Source of the DNA: an uncultured delta proteobacterium
Lineage (GTDB): Bacteria > Desulfobacterota > BSN033 > UBA1163
DNA length: 64,000 bases
Direction: 5' to 3'
Assembly: GCA_963708295.1 (NCBI GenBank)
Contig: CAVPSJ010000008.1
Span: 96,001-160,000, forward strand
Each line of letters begins with the position of its first letter. Within the stretch, counting starts at the first letter, position 1. The translations under genes were made by a program, and so were the position numbers. Under the pieces are notes generated by a model, which saw only the letters and a list, made by a program, of their open reading frames with translations, searched no databases and had not been told where the DNA came from. Shown in pieces: positions 19,671 to 31,588 of this stretch.

Positions 19671-21389
19671 TCAATCTTCCCCGAACAAAGGAACAAATTT
19701 AAACTGGTTGACATCGACCAGGCCCTTATCGGTCAGTTTCAATTCCGGAATGACCGGGAGCGATAAGAAGGAGAGGGTCATAAAAGGGTCGGGGATTTTA
19801 CAGCCCAAGTTTTTTGCTGCACGTTGGACAGCTTCTAGCTGGGTGTTGACCTCGGCAACGGAGGCTTCTGACATCAGCCCCGCGATGGGCAAGGGGAGAG
19901 AAGCCAACACTTTTCCATCCGAGACAGCCGCCAACCCGCCCTTCATGGTTTGAAGGACTTCTACGGCTTTCAACATATCCGCATCGTTCGTTCCTACCAG
20001 CACGATGTTATGGGAGTCGTGAGCCACTGACGAGCCAATGGCTCCCTTCTTTAAGCCAAAACCTTGAACAAAACCAATTCCGATATTCCCTGTGGCCTTG
20101 TGCCGCTCCACCACGGCGATCTTTAGGATGTCCTCTTTGACATTGGGATGGGCGACGCCGTCTTTCAAAGGAACCCTCTGCATTGCTTTTTTTGTAACGA
20201 TTTGTTCCGGTATCAGCTGGATAACCTTGACAAGAGACTGGACACTTCGGAGTAAAAGGGCATCCTTTTTGAAAGGCTTCACTCGAAAAGACCCTAAATG
20301 TTTGGGACCCTTTTTCCGTTGGATAGGGCGGGAGAGCATGTTTCCGTTTTCCGCCACCAATTTTCCATCCTTGAAGACTCTCTTTATTTGAAATCGTCCA
20401 AGATGATCGAAACTGATGATATCGGCCCGGTAACCCGGAGCAATCGCGCCGAGATCATCCAGCCTGAAATATTCGGCGGCATTCAGTGTTGCCATTTGGA
20501 TCGCAAGGATGGGGTCGAGTCCCCATCGAACGGCCTGTCTGACCATGGAATCAATATGGCCCTCTTCGAGAAGCTCTTTGGGATGGCGATCGTCCGTCAC
20601 AAAGAAGAAGCGTCTCGAATTCTTGGGGTGGACGAGGGGGATGAGACTTCTGAGATTTCTTGCCGTCGTTCCCTCTCTGATCATAATCCGCATCCCGTTT
20701 TTTAATTTCTCCTTGGCCTCTTTCGGAGTGGTGCATTCATGGTCGGATCGAATTCCTGCCGTGAGATAAGCATAAAGCTCCTTTCCCGAGAGTAGGGGGG
20801 CATGGCCGTCGATTCGCTTTCCCTCGGCCATGTCGATCTTCCTGAGGACTTCCGGATCCCTGAAAATGACGCCCGGGAAGTTCATCATTTCTGCCAATCC
20901 AATGGCCCAGGGTTCTTTGAGCAGGGGTTTCAAATCCGCTGCCTGGAGCGTGGCCCCGGATGTTTCCATATGAGTCGCAGGCACGCAGGATGGAACCATG
21001 ATGAAGACATTCAAAGGGATCCCTTTTGCCGACTCTGCCATGAAGTGAATACCCTCCCGGCCCAGGACATTGGCGATTTCATGGGGGTCGATGACGACAC
21101 TGGTCGTTCCATTCGGAAGGACAGATCGGGCGAACTCCGGGATGGTCACCATGCTCGATTCAATGTGGACATGGCCGTCGATTAAACCAGGGCAGAGGAA
21201 GTCGCCTTTCACATCGATGATCTCTCTGGCTCGATAATCCCCGAAACCGACGATCACCCCCCCGAAGACGGCCACATCTCTCTTTTCAATCTCACCCGAG
21301 AAGACATCTACCACCCTTCCGTTCTTGATCAGGAGATCAGCCATCCCATCTCCCGAGGCGACCCGGATTTTTGCTTTTAGCGATGCCAT
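19671..21389 (-). CDS. ade: Adenine deaminase
   Basis: DGHVHIESS, DPHEIANV, DGHAP, SDHEC, TDDRHP and SVAHDSHN motifs. Confidence 0.96.
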   Translation of the reverse strand: MASLKAKIRVASGDGMADLLIKNGRVVDVFSGEIEKRDVAVFGGVIVGFGDYRAREIIDVKGDFLCPGLIDGHVHIESSMVTIPEFARSVLPNGTTSVVIDPHEIANVLGREGIHFMAESAKGIPLNVFIMVPSCVPATHMETSGATLQAADLKPLLKEPWAIGLAEMMNFPGVIFRDPEVLRKIDMAEGKRIDGHAPLLSGKELYAYLTAGIRSDHECTTPKEAKEKLKNGMRIMIREGTTARNLRSLIPLVHPKNSRRFFFVTDDRHPKELLEEGHIDSMVRQAVRWGLDPILAIQMATLNAAEYFRLDDLGAIAPGYRADIISFDHLGRFQIKRVFKDGKLVAENGNMLSRPIQRKKGPKHLGSFRVKPFKKDALLLRSVQSLVKVIQLIPEQIVTKKAMQRVPLKDGVAHPNVKEDILKIAVVERHKATGNIGIGFVQGFGLKKGAIGSSVAHDSHNIVLVGTNDADMLKAVEVLQTMKGGLAAVSDGKVLASLPLPIAGLMSEASVAEVNTQLEAVQRAAKNLGCKIPDPFMTLSFLSLPVIPELKLTDKGLVDVNQFKFVPLFGED

Positions 21390-21461
21390 TTCGTACTCAT
21401 TCCTCCTTACCCATTTCATAGCAAATCTTTTATCTTCGATCAAGTCCATTCAGAAATTGGC

Positions 21462-21672
21462 GGGCTGCTGAAAAACGCTCATCTGCGGCGTCGCCCTCAT
21501 CTTTCGTCGTTGCAGCGTACATCCAAGTACGCCTCTCGCCGACTCACCAACCCGCCGGCGTGGCAAGAAGTCACTCCTTATTCGTCGTGACGTCACTCTC
21601 AGGATTTCGGGCTCCTTGTATCTGGGCATCTTTGAACAACCTGACAAAGATTACTTTTCAGCAAGCTGCTAG
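21462..21672. mobile_element. MITE-like element, copy 2, with an internal insert
   Basis: GGCTGCTGAAAAACGCTCATCTGCGGCG ... TTTGAACAACCTG ... TTTTCAGCAAGCTGCTAG. Confidence 0.75.
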
Positions 21673-21876
21673 AGGCTCCCTGTCGCTGACACTGTACCGC
21701 AATCATGATGAGGAATAGATACAGACGGGATCCCCTCCGACGCCTGCGCGGAACAAAGAACGAGCGGATGCTCATTGAAGCGAAGTGATCATCGTTGACA
21801 GACACGTTTTATGTAAGGTATGGTTGTTTAACCACACGTCGCGTTAGTTCGAATTGCGACGATCTGTCACGTAATT

Positions 21877-22542
21877 ATGCCTCCACTTCACGCGATCAAA
21901 GCTGTCGTCTTCGATTTCGACGGGACTCTCGTCGTCCTCAATATCGATTTCTCTTCGATGAAGGAGCGGGTCTTCGATTTGATGAGCCGCTATGGGATTA
22001 ATAATGAGATCATTCAGGAAAAGTATGTGCTGGAGATTATTGACGAGGTTTATGAAATGTTGTGGAGGAAAAGTCCTTCAGGGGCGGAGACATTCTACCA
22101 GCAGTCCCACGATATCTTGCATGAAATAGAAATGAGGGCTGCAGAAAAAGGGAGACTGATTCCGGAAGTGGTGGAAACATTAAAAGGGTTAAGAGAGAAG
22201 GGGGTCAAGGTAGGGATTGTTACACGGAACTGTGAGGAGGCCGTGCGGAAGATTTTCCCTAACATTAACGACTTTTGTGATGTTCTCGTTTCGAGAAACT
22301 CAGTCAAGAAGGTCAAACCCCATCCGGATCATTTGACGCATGTGATGAAGTCGTTGAAGATTTCAGGTGAAGAGGCGGTAATGGTTGGAGACCATAGGAT
22401 TGATATCGAGGCAGGGAAGAGGGTGGGCATGAGGACCGTTGGGGTATTGACCGGGAGGACGAAGCAGGAAGAGTTTGAGAAGGAAGGGGCGGACTATGTT
22501 TTGAGAGATGCCTCAGAGATCTATAAGTTAATGGAGGGTTGA
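21877..22542 (+). CDS. HAD-family hydrolase (phosphoglycolate phosphatase-like)
   Basis: [15 protein letters not shown] and VGD..ID motifs. Confidence 0.9.
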   Translation: MPPLHAIKAVVFDFDGTLVVLNIDFSSMKERVFDLMSRYGINNEIIQEKYVLEIIDEVYEMLWRKSPSGAETFYQQSHDILHEIEMRAAEKGRLIPEVVETLKGLREKGVKVGIVTRNCEEAVRKIFPNINDFCDVLVSRNSVKKVKPHPDHLTHVMKSLKISGEEAVMVGDHRIDIEAGKRVGMRTVGVLTGRTKQEEFEKEGADYVLRDASEIYKLMEG

Positions 22543-22546
22543 AAAC

Positions 22547-22924
22547 ATGAAAAAGGTGATCCAAACGGATAGGGCTCCCAAAGCCATTGGTCCCTACTCC
22601 CAGGCCATTCAAGCAGGAAATTTTGTATTTCTCTCCGGGCAGATACCTCTGGATGCAAGAACAGGGGAATTGGTGATGGGAGATATTCGACGACAGACTC
22701 AGCAGGTCTTGGAAAATATAAAAGGGATACTGGAATCTCAAAAGCTAGGAATGGAAAACGTGGTCAAAACGACTATTTTCTTAAAAGAAATCGGGAATTT
22801 TAATCAAGTGAATGAGGTCTACAGTACTTTTTTTCCATCCTCCCCGCCTGCAAGGTCAACCGTTGAAGTGGCGAGACTGCCAAAGGACGTTGAGATTGAG
22901 ATCGAAGCCATTGCTCTTATTTAA
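22547..22924 (+). CDS. ridA: RidA family enamine/imine deaminase
   Basis: [28 protein letters not shown] and EIEAIA motifs. Confidence 0.93.
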   Translation: MKKVIQTDRAPKAIGPYSQAIQAGNFVFLSGQIPLDARTGELVMGDIRRQTQQVLENIKGILESQKLGMENVVKTTIFLKEIGNFNQVNEVYSTFFPSSPPARSTVEVARLPKDVEIEIEAIALI

Positions 22925-23403
22925 TTCCCGCCGCCCTGCCACGTCGCCGTCTTTTTTTCACCGTCCGGAGGGTTCACTTGAATATCGAAAGTCATGGATT
23001 CAGGGATCTTTTCCGGAAGAGAAAAACCAAAAGTCACTATCCGGCCGGCGCGAGGGGGCAAAGGGACGGAAATCATCGTCTCCTGCTGGCCTGGGGAAAA
23101 TTCAGTCCCGGAAACTCCTTCTGGGTATTTTATCTCTTTTGGAACCCAAACCAATTTGATCGAGTTGGGGGGAGCCGTTGCCTGCCGACTCTTGTTATAG
23201 ATTTCGATGTTGATTTCTAATATTTTAACAGGAGACGGCGTGGATGGAACTTCTCTTACCTGGAACCGTATTTCTCTCAATCTGATATCCGGACCGCTCT
23301 CTTCTACAGCCTTGATCTGGGAGAAGCCTGCCCCCGTGACCAGGCATTGAAAAAAAAAGAGAGCAGAAGAGTAAACGATGGCTTTCCTGATCCATTTGCA
23401 CAT
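22921..23403 (-). CDS. Hypothetical exported beta-rich protein
   Basis: Signal-peptide-like N-terminus; converges on ridA. Confidence 0.6.
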   Translation of the reverse strand: MCKWIRKAIVYSSALFFFQCLVTGAGFSQIKAVEESGPDIRLREIRFQVREVPSTPSPVKILEINIEIYNKSRQATAPPNSIKLVWVPKEIKYPEGVSGTEFSPGQQETMISVPLPPRAGRIVTFGFSLPEKIPESMTFDIQVNPPDGEKKTATWQGGGN

Positions 23404-23548
23404 GTTATCACCTATGAAGGTTTGAACCACCCACGAAATAAGAGTCTTTCCTCAAACCAATTTACCACATTTAGACTCAAATGGGAAGGTTCTGAAGGAT
23501 AACGGCGATTGTATAGGTTTCAAAGGCGTATTATAATGATAAACTAAT

Positions 23549-24868
23549 ATGAAACCTATCCTTGCCATTGTCGGAAGACCGAACGTCGGGAAGTCTACCC
23601 TTTTTAATCGCATCGCCGGAGGGAAGAAGGCCATCGTTTGGGATGAGCCGGGCGTGACTCGGGATCGAAATTATGCCGATGTGGAGCGGGATGAGAGTTC
23701 GTTCACTTTGATTGACACGGGGGGATTTGAGCCGGTTTCAAAGGATCGGATCTTTATCCAGATGCGTGAGCAATGCCAGCTGGCCATGGACGAAGCAGAT
23801 GGGATCCTCTTCATGATGGACGGAAAGGAAGGCCTAACCCCTTCGGATAGGGAGATTGCAGATATTCTTAGAAAATTGAATAAACCGGTGTTTTACATCG
23901 TCAATAAGATTGACGGGCCAAAGCATGAGGAGAAGGCCCTTGAATTCTATGGGTTGGGTATGGACCCGATTTATTCGATTTCAGCAGAACATGGATATGG
24001 GGTGAATGACTTGATGGATGAGGTCATCAAGGCCCTCCCGGGTTCGACTGAGAAAAAATGGGATCAAGATATAACGAGGGTGGCCGTATTGGGACGGCCG
24101 AATGTTGGAAAATCTTCATTGGTTAACCGATTATTAGGATACAAGAGGGTGCTTGTGGATGAGGTTCCGGGCACCACGCGGGATGCCATTGATACCCTTT
24201 TTGAAAGGGACGGAAGGAGATACGTTCTCGTTGATACCGCCGGTATCCGGAGGAAGAGCCGGATTAGCCTGAGGCTGGAAAAGTACAGTATTGTGGAGGC
24301 CCTTCGAACCATTGATCGATCGGATGTTGCTCTTCTCTTATTGGATTCAAAAGAAGGTGTGACCGATCAGGATGCCCGTATCGGGGGGTTCGTCCACGAA
24401 AAGGGAAAAGGATGCATTCTCGTCGTGAACAAATGGGATTTGGTTGAAAAGGATTCTCAAACCATGGTCCGGTATGAAAGGGAGGTACGCGAGGGCCTCA
24501 AGTACCTCTCTTACGCCCCCATGCTTTTTATTTCTTCCTTGACCGGGCAAAGAGTTAAGAAAGTTCTGGACGCCGTAGACCATGTGTCAGGGCAGACGAA
24601 GAAGCGAATTTCGACTTCCCCGCTGAATAATCACTTTAGAAGATGGGTTGAAAAATTTCCTCCTCCCCTTTATAAAAACCGGAGTGTGAAGATGAACTAT
24701 ATCACTCAGGTTTCGACGGCTCCTCCCACCTTTGTGATCTATACCAATATTCCAGAGGGAATTCATTTTTCTTATGAACGTCATCTCCTCAACCAGATGA
24801 GAGAAGCCTTCGGTTTCGAAGGCGTTGCGGTTCGGCTCCTGTTTAGAAAGAAAGGGAAGGAAAAATAG
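23549..24868 (+). CDS. der: Ribosome biogenesis GTPase Der
   Basis: Two GRPNVGKS P-loops, DTGG and DTAG, NKID and NKWD. Confidence 0.98.
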   Translation: MKPILAIVGRPNVGKSTLFNRIAGGKKAIVWDEPGVTRDRNYADVERDESSFTLIDTGGFEPVSKDRIFIQMREQCQLAMDEADGILFMMDGKEGLTPSDREIADILRKLNKPVFYIVNKIDGPKHEEKALEFYGLGMDPIYSISAEHGYGVNDLMDEVIKALPGSTEKKWDQDITRVAVLGRPNVGKSSLVNRLLGYKRVLVDEVPGTTRDAIDTLFERDGRRYVLVDTAGIRRKSRISLRLEKYSIVEALRTIDRSDVALLLLDSKEGVTDQDARIGGFVHEKGKGCILVVNKWDLVEKDSQTMVRYEREVREGLKYLSYAPMLFISSLTGQRVKKVLDAVDHVSGQTKKRISTSPLNNHFRRWVEKFPPPLYKNRSVKMNYITQVSTAPPTFVIYTNIPEGIHFSYERHLLNQMREAFGFEGVAVRLLFRKKGKEK

Positions 24869-24869
24869 G

Positions 24870-26205
24870 ATGGCAAACAAAAGGAAGAAATATCTGATAG
24901 GCATGGTGATCATCATCCTTATTTTGGCCGGCGGAATCCTTTTGCGTCAATTGAGCGGCCAGAACGGATCGAATCAGAAATTTCGCTTGGCGAAGGTCGA
25001 AAGGGGAGAGGTCAGTCTGGCGGTGACCGCCACCGGGACGATCAATCCGGTCATTAATGTCTTAGTGGGGAGCCAGGTTTCGGGGACGATCAAAGCCCTC
25101 TATGCCGATTTTAATTCCCAAGTCAAGGAAGGGCAGGTGATTGCTCAGATCGACCCGGCCATCTTCCAGGCCCAGGTGGAGCAAGGAAGGGCAAATGTCC
25201 TGAACGCCCAGGCCAATCTCCTAAACGCCCAGGCCAATCTTGAAAACGCCAAAGCCAACTTCACAAAAGCAGACGTGGCCGTTTTGGATGCAGAGAGAAC
25301 CCTGGACCGGAACCGGATGCTCGTAGAAAAAAACGTCATCGCTCAGGCAACGATGGATACTGCCCAGACGAATTATGATACAGCGGTGGCCCAGAAGGAT
25401 GTGGCCAAAGCCCAGGTGGAATCGGCCAAGTCACAGATCGAATCCTTCAAGGCTCAGGTGGAACAGACAAAGGCCGCTTTAAGAGTGGCAGAGACCAATT
25501 TAAGATATGCGACGATTCGGTCTCCGGTCAATGGGACGGTCATTTCGAGGAATGTCGATGTCGGTCAAACCGTCGCAGCCAGTCTCCAGGCTCCCACTCT
25601 TTTTACCATTGCCAAAAACCTGGCCGAGATGCAGGTTGACTCTAACGTGAGTGAGGCAGATGTCGGCCGAATTGCCGTGGGGCAGGATGCGACCTTTACC
25701 GTGGATGCATACCCCGAGAGGATTTTTCGCGGAAAAGTCTCAGAGATTCGCAATGCTCCTATCATCGTTCAGAATGTGGTTACGTATGATGTCGTGGTTC
25801 TGGTGAGTAATAAGGACTTGAAGTTAAAACCGGGGATGACCGCCAACGTTTCCGTTATGATTGCCCATCGAGAGGGGGTACTAAAGATACCCAACGCTGC
25901 ACTCAGGTTTCGACCCGAGTCCGCAACGAAGGAAAGTGGAAAGGGTGGCCCGCCGCAGAAAACGGGTGAGCGGGTGAAAACCGGGAGAAGGGGATCAGGG
26001 AAGACCGGGGAGGGTGTGGGTCCTGTCCGCCGAGGGGAAACTGACCCCGGTCTCCATTACCGTCGGAATTACCGACGGTACTTCAAGTGAGGTGATTGGA
26101 GGGAATCTGCAGGAGGGTGGAGAGGTGATTGTTGAAGGGAACTCGAACAAGAAAGGTCAGAGCCAAAGTGGCAGTGTTCCTTTCATGCCCAGAATGCGAA
26201 AATAA
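24870..26205 (+). CDS. MacA-like efflux periplasmic adaptor (frameshift near 25985)
   Basis: VGSQVSGTI, IRSPVNGTV, GQTVAASLQAPTLF and LKPGMTA motifs. Confidence 0.9.
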
Positions 26206-26262
26206 GAATAGCACATGGCGCAGAGAGCATAGCGCATAGGGGACGGGGATATTGAGCAGCAC

Positions 26263-26375
26263 CAAATCCAAAATACCAATGACCGAAATCCAAAATTCTA
26301 AACAACCGTTTTGGGTGCGTTGGAAATTGGAGTTTGAAATTTTTACGGGATTTGCATTTGGAACTCGGAAATTTG
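26263..26375. repeat. CCAAAAT / TTGGAA palindromic short-unit repeat
   Basis: caaatccaaaataccaa ... ttggaaattggagtttg. Confidence 0.55.
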
Positions 26376-26405
26376 GGCCTTAGGGTCTTTGCGGTTTAGG
26401 AGAAT

Positions 26406-27131
26406 ATGGATTCAGTCATTCAAGTTCAGGATCTGGTAAAGGTCTATGACTTAGGAGAGGTGGAGGTGACTGCCCTTCGAGGAGTTTCCCTTCCGGTCGA
26501 TCGCGGTGAATTCGTGGCCATCATGGGGGCCTCGGGCTCCGGAAAATCGACCTTTATGAATATCTTAGGCTTTTTGGATCGACCCACGAGCGGTCAATAT
26601 CTTTTGGAAGGTATCAACGGTGAAAATCTTTCGAGAGATGAACTGGCAGACATCCGGAATCGAAAAATCGGCTTTGTTTTTCAGGGGTTTAATCTTTTAT
26701 CCCGGACATCCGCCTTGGAAAATGTTGAGCTGCCGCTGGTCTATGCAGGGACCCCGACCTACAAACGGAAGGAGATGGCGCAAAAGGCCCTCTCTGAAGT
26801 GGGCTTAGAGGGAAGGGAGCATCATCATTCGAGCCAACTCTCCGGAGGCGAACAGCAACGGGTGGCTATCGCCCGGGCTTTAGTCAACCAGCCCTCTATC
26901 ATTTTAGCCGACGAACCCACGGGGAATCTTGATTCAAAGACGAGTGATGAGATCATGGGTATCTTTCAACGCCTTAATCGGGAGATGGGGATTACCATTA
27001 TCATGATCACCCACGAGCCCGATATTGCTGCATTTGCAAAACGTAATATTCTCTTCAAAGATGGAAAGATTGTCGACGATCATAAGAATTTGGCCCCCAC
27101 CATCGCAGCAGGGGGTGGAGGTATGAAATGA
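26406..27131 (+). CDS. MacB-type ABC ATPase
   Basis: [23 protein letters not shown] and DEPTGNLD motifs. Confidence 0.95.
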   Translation: MDSVIQVQDLVKVYDLGEVEVTALRGVSLPVDRGEFVAIMGASGSGKSTFMNILGFLDRPTSGQYLLEGINGENLSRDELADIRNRKIGFVFQGFNLLSRTSALENVELPLVYAGTPTYKRKEMAQKALSEVGLEGREHHHSSQLSGGEQQRVAIARALVNQPSIILADEPTGNLDSKTSDEIMGIFQRLNREMGITIIMITHEPDIAAFAKRNILFKDGKIVDDHKNLAPTIAAGGGGMK

Positions 27132-28357
27132 CCCGTCTTCTTGCAGGTCTTCGGATTGCCCTGAGGGCGCTGATGGTCAATAAGATGCGTTCAGCCCTGA
27201 CGATGCTGGGGATCATCATCGGCGTGGGTGCGGTGATTGCTATGATTGCCGTGGGTTCAGGGGCCAAATCCAGAATCGCCGAGCAGATTGCCAGCATGGG
27301 ATCAAACATGCTGATCGTTATGTCAGGCAGCTCAACGAGCGGTGGATTTCGGTTCGGGAGTGGAACGGTGCCCACGCTGACCGTCGACGACGCCAAAGCG
27401 ATTGTATCAGAGATCCCTTCCGTGAAATATGTCGCCCCTTCCCTCCCAGGAGTGGCTCAGGTCGTTTACGGCAACCAGAACTGGTCTACCTCCATCAATG
27501 GGACAGCGCCGGAAATGCTCGACATCAGAGAATGGCCTGTGGGTTCGGGCCGCTCCTTTACCCAGCAGGATCTGGATGGAGCGACCAAGGTTTGTCTTTT
27601 GGGGACGACCGTGGTGGAAAATCTTTTTGGGGGGATCGATCCGGTTGGCCAGATTGTCCGTATTAAGAAGGTTCCTTTCACCGTGATCGGTGTCCTCGGC
27701 CATAAAGGCCAGACCTCCTTTGGACAGGATCAGGATGATACAATTTTTGTCCCCCTGACCACGGCTCAGAAAAGACTCTTCGGAATGCAATTCCCGGGCA
27801 TGGTCAGGACGATTACCGTCCAGGCCAGGGGACCGGACGTCATGGGGGAGGTCGAAGAGGGGATCAATTCCATCCTGCGACAGCGGCACCGGATCCAGCC
27901 AAGCCAGGATAATGATTTTAACGTCAGGAACCTCACCGAAATCATGTCCACTGCCCAAGAAACAGCCAGTGTTATGTCCTTGTTGTTGGGCGCCATTGCC
28001 TCCATCTCTCTCATGGTCGGAGGGATCGGGATTATGAATATCATGCTTGTTTCCGTAACGGAGAGAACCAGGGAGATCGGGATTCGCATGGCAGTGGGCG
28101 CAAAGGGGCGGGATATCCTCCTTCAATTCCTCATTGAATCCTTGGTACTCAGTTTGATTGGGGGAATCTTGGGAATTGCAATCGGGGTGGCGGGGACACT
28201 CATCCTATCCAGCTTAACGCAATGGCCGACCCTCTTCTCGATGCAAGCGATCCTTTTGGCCTTTCTCTTTTCCGGATCGGTAGGAGTATTTTTTGGATTC
28301 TACCCGGCCCGCAAAGCCTCTATGCTCAACCCCATCGAAGCCCTTCGCTACGAATAA
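27128..28357 (+). CDS. MacB-type ABC permease
   Basis: LTMLGIIIGV, GGIGIMNIMLVSVTERTREIG and PIEALRYE motifs. Confidence 0.95.
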   Translation: MTRLLAGLRIALRALMVNKMRSALTMLGIIIGVGAVIAMIAVGSGAKSRIAEQIASMGSNMLIVMSGSSTSGGFRFGSGTVPTLTVDDAKAIVSEIPSVKYVAPSLPGVAQVVYGNQNWSTSINGTAPEMLDIREWPVGSGRSFTQQDLDGATKVCLLGTTVVENLFGGIDPVGQIVRIKKVPFTVIGVLGHKGQTSFGQDQDDTIFVPLTTAQKRLFGMQFPGMVRTITVQARGPDVMGEVEEGINSILRQRHRIQPSQDNDFNVRNLTEIMSTAQETASVMSLLLGAIASISLMVGGIGIMNIMLVSVTERTREIGIRMAVGAKGRDILLQFLIESLVLSLIGGILGIAIGVAGTLILSSLTQWPTLFSMQAILLAFLFSGSVGVFFGFYPARKASMLNPIEALRYE

Positions 28358-28527
28358 GAGCACAGGCCAGAGGGCATAGCGCACAGCCCATAGCGTTAAA
28401 ACCTCTTCCGGTAATAACCCCTCATTGGCCATTCCGATAGGGATGCGAATTCGTCCCGAAGCGAATCAGAGTAGGCTTGGTCTTACACGTGTGGCCTTGC
28501 CCCGGTTCTGGCGGCTGAGGTGGAAAT

Positions 28528-29451
28528 TCATTTTATGGAATGATAACACTGAGTGATGGCTTCTTTCAGTTTCTGCCGGGCATTGGAAGGGGAGAGGGTG
28601 GGTCGAAAAGCAAAAACGCGTTGAGCCTTTCCAGTACTTAATTCCCAGGCGTCGGCTAAAAACGGGGCTCCCTTCCACTCTTTTGCAGAGATCACTTCGA
28701 GAGTAGAAGAGGAATTGGTTACCTCGATGATGATCCGGGCAACCTCCTCCCAGCTAAGAAAAAGGGTGGAGAGGTTGAATATTTCTCCAAAGGTCTTCGG
28801 CTTTTGTGAAGCAAGCAAGAGGGCGTTCCCGAGGTCATCCAGATGGAGGAAGCTTCCACCGGCGCCTCTGGGGACCATCAAAGGCTCCCCTGCTTGCCCA
28901 CGCTTGATCAGGTCACGAAGATGCCTCCCGCCAATCTCTTCGCCGTAGGACCACCGGAATCGGAAAATCGTCACAGGCAGTGCCTTGGTTTTAAAATAAG
29001 CCAACAAAAGCTTTTCTGCGGTCAGTTTGGCGATTCCGTAAAATGGTTTTCTCGCATCTTCGACCAAGCACGGATCTTCTTCGGTGATGGCAGATTTGGT
29101 GGGTTTGCCGTAGACGACTGCAGTGCTGGTGTAAAAGAAGTGAGAGATCTTTTCGGCCGCTGCCGCTTCTAGCAATAGGACATGCCCTTTGAGGTCGCTG
29201 GCCAAGAGCTCCATCGGGTCGTCAGAAAAGGACCAAGCCAGATGGACAATCACATCGGTCCCCTTGACGGCTCCACGGACGGCGGATGGGTCTTCTATCT
29301 CTCCTTTTATCAGTTCTAAATTTCTATGGTCCAACGATTGGAACTGATCAGCCTTTTTATCTAAAACCCTTATAGAATGTCCCTTGTCTAAGAGAAATCG
29401 GGTGAGGCCTTGTCCCACGGATCCAGCCCCACCCGTAATCAAGAATTTCAT
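28528..29451 (-). CDS. NAD-dependent epimerase/dehydratase (extended SDR)
   Basis: ITGGAGSVG, STAVVYG and YGIAK motifs. Confidence 0.9.
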   Translation of the reverse strand: MKFLITGGAGSVGQGLTRFLLDKGHSIRVLDKKADQFQSLDHRNLELIKGEIEDPSAVRGAVKGTDVIVHLAWSFSDDPMELLASDLKGHVLLLEAAAAEKISHFFYTSTAVVYGKPTKSAITEEDPCLVEDARKPFYGIAKLTAEKLLLAYFKTKALPVTIFRFRWSYGEEIGGRHLRDLIKRGQAGEPLMVPRGAGGSFLHLDDLGNALLLASQKPKTFGEIFNLSTLFLSWEEVARIIIEVTNSSSTLEVISAKEWKGAPFLADAWELSTGKAQRVFAFRPTLSPSNARQKLKEAITQCYHSIK

Positions 29452-29469
29452 GATGATGGTCCTGAGGAC

Positions 29470-30978
29470 TTAACTTTTAGTCGCCTTCTTAGCAGATTCC
29501 TTCTTTCTCCACTTGGAGATCGTTGGCCAGAAGAAGAGGAAGAGGGCGATCAACATTAACGGAAGCGCAATCGGAGGCCTGAAGAAGATCAGGGGATTGC
29601 CGTGACCCATGATGAGGGCTTGTCTCGCGGCTGACTCGGCCAGATTTCCAAGAACTAAGGCCAGCACCATCGGTGCCATGGGGTAGTCGAGTTTTTTGAA
29701 GAGATACCCAACGATACCGAAGATGATCATGTAGTAAATATCGATCATCCTGTTATTGACTGCAAAGGCGCCGATGGCGCAGACGTAGATGATGATGGGC
29801 ATCAGGATGCTGAATTTGATCCTGAGGATCGCTGCAAAGGCCGGAGCAAAGGCCAGGACAAGGATGAGACCCAGGAAATTGGCCACCCAGATGCTGCCGA
29901 TAAATCCCCAGACGAAATCGGCATGCTCCTTGAAAAGCATGGGTCCGGGTTGAAGCCCCATGATCATCAGGCCGCCCATGATGACGGCCATGGTCGGGGA
30001 ACCCGGAATACCAAGGGTAATCATGGGAAGTGTGGCGGCGGTTCCAGCGCCGTGACCGGCTGCCTCCGGTGCAATAATACCTGAAGAAGCCCCTTTACCA
30101 AATTGATCTTTATCGGCTGCTGAACTTTTGGCGAAGCCATAAGCCATGAAAGAGGCCGGTGTTGCCCCTCCTGGCTGGATGCCCAGCCAGCATCCGATCA
30201 GGGAACCCATGATGAGTATCCTTCGAAATCGTAAGAGATCCCTCAAACCATCCCAGATGTCTTTCAATGTTACCTTGGCCTTGACCCCCTCCATCTTGAG
30301 GCCTTCTTCAACGGTGAGGAAAATCTCCCCAAGCCCAAAGAGTCCGATGACAGCGACAATGAAGTGGAACCCTCCCATGAGAGGCACCGTGCCAAAGGTC
30401 ATGCGGAGTTTTCCGCTCACGATGTCCATCCCCACAGCCGCCAGAATGAATCCGAGGAAAATAGCGACCAGGGACTTTAAAGCGGATTTTCCACCCAATC
30501 GGGTCATGGCGCTGAAGGTGAGAACCATCACAGCAGCGGTTTCAGGAGGTCCAAACCTTAAGGCGAACTCCGCAATGATCGGAGCAAAAAAGGTAAGCAA
30601 AATGACGCCTATAATCGCCCCGACACCATGCGATAAGAAGGACAAGACCAGGGCCTTTCCTGCCCGTCCGCTCTTGGCCATAGGGTATCCGTCAAAAGTA
30701 ACCGCTACGGCCCAGGGTTCGCCGGGGATATTAAACAGGATGGAACAGATGCCTCCCCCATAAAGCGCCCCCCAGTAGATACATGCCAGCAGAATCACAG
30801 CCGACGTAGGACTCATGGCAAAGGTAATAGGGATCAGGATAGCAACTCCATTTGCTCCACCCAGACCCGGCAGGACCCCTACGATGATTCCTAAAATGAG
30901 ACCGACCATAGCGATCATAATATTGTAGGGCTGCACGGCAACGCTCAAACCCATGATCCAATTAGAAAAGATATCCAA
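29470..30978 (-). CDS. tctA: TTT permease TctA
   Basis: GVLPGLGG, NIPGEP, FDGYPMA and GIPGSPT motifs. Confidence 0.95.
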   Translation of the reverse strand: MDIFSNWIMGLSVAVQPYNIMIAMVGLILGIIVGVLPGLGGANGVAILIPITFAMSPTSAVILLACIYWGALYGGGICSILFNIPGEPWAVAVTFDGYPMAKSGRAGKALVLSFLSHGVGAIIGVILLTFFAPIIAEFALRFGPPETAAVMVLTFSAMTRLGGKSALKSLVAIFLGFILAAVGMDIVSGKLRMTFGTVPLMGGFHFIVAVIGLFGLGEIFLTVEEGLKMEGVKAKVTLKDIWDGLRDLLRFRRILIMGSLIGCWLGIQPGGATPASFMAYGFAKSSAADKDQFGKGASSGIIAPEAAGHGAGTAATLPMITLGIPGSPTMAVIMGGLMIMGLQPGPMLFKEHADFVWGFIGSIWVANFLGLILVLAFAPAFAAILRIKFSILMPIIIYVCAIGAFAVNNRMIDIYYMIIFGIVGYLFKKLDYPMAPMVLALVLGNLAESAARQALIMGHGNPLIFFRPPIALPLMLIALFLFFWPTISKWRKKESAKKATKS

Positions 30979-31002
30979 TGTCGTTCCTCCTTCCGGTTGG
31001 GA

Positions 31003-31489
31003 TTAAAAGGGCATAAGAGCCAAAATATTTTTTCCCCACACCCCTTCAGGCAGGGGAATTAAAAATATTTTGTCAAATAAGACATAGACGACCAGAGGCA
31101 CAAGAACACTCAAGAGGATCACTTTGCCCCAATGTATCCTCCCCACAACTCCCATATAGAATGCAAGATAGAGGACCGTGGCCAAATGGAGCCCGAGCAG
31201 TTCTGTCAATAGAACTACCCCGATGGCAGGAAGCAATACCCAGAGAATCTGAGCGGTACCTCCCTCCGGGACCAGGGGTTTTCCAGGCTCCTTCTTTCCT
31301 ATAAATCTTTATAGCCTTCAGCAGGATAAAGAAGGTGCTGATGACGATCCCCAAACCCATATAGAACGGGAAAAATCCTGATTCGGGACCACTCATTCCC
31401 CATCCAAAGCCCAGTCTCACGGCATCTCCAAGCGCCAGAAGCCCAACCACCATTAAACCCAACGCCACGACAATGTCGGCCTTTCGCAT
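31003..31489 (-). CDS. tctB: TctB (frameshift near 31280)
   Basis: GPESGFFPFY; C-terminal LIPLPEG. Confidence 0.85.
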
Positions 31490-31535
31490 CTTTCCTCCCT
31501 TTAAGACGCTCCTCAAAATTCAAACGTCATAGAAG

Positions 31536-31568
31536 GTAAGGGAACAGGAGATCCTCCCGTTCCCTTAC
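31536..31568. terminator. Strong hairpin between tctC and tctB
   Basis: GTAAGGGAAC-AGGAG-ATC-CTCC-CGTTCCCTTAC. Confidence 0.6.
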
Positions 31569-31588
31569 GAAGGCTTGTTTTTCCTCTA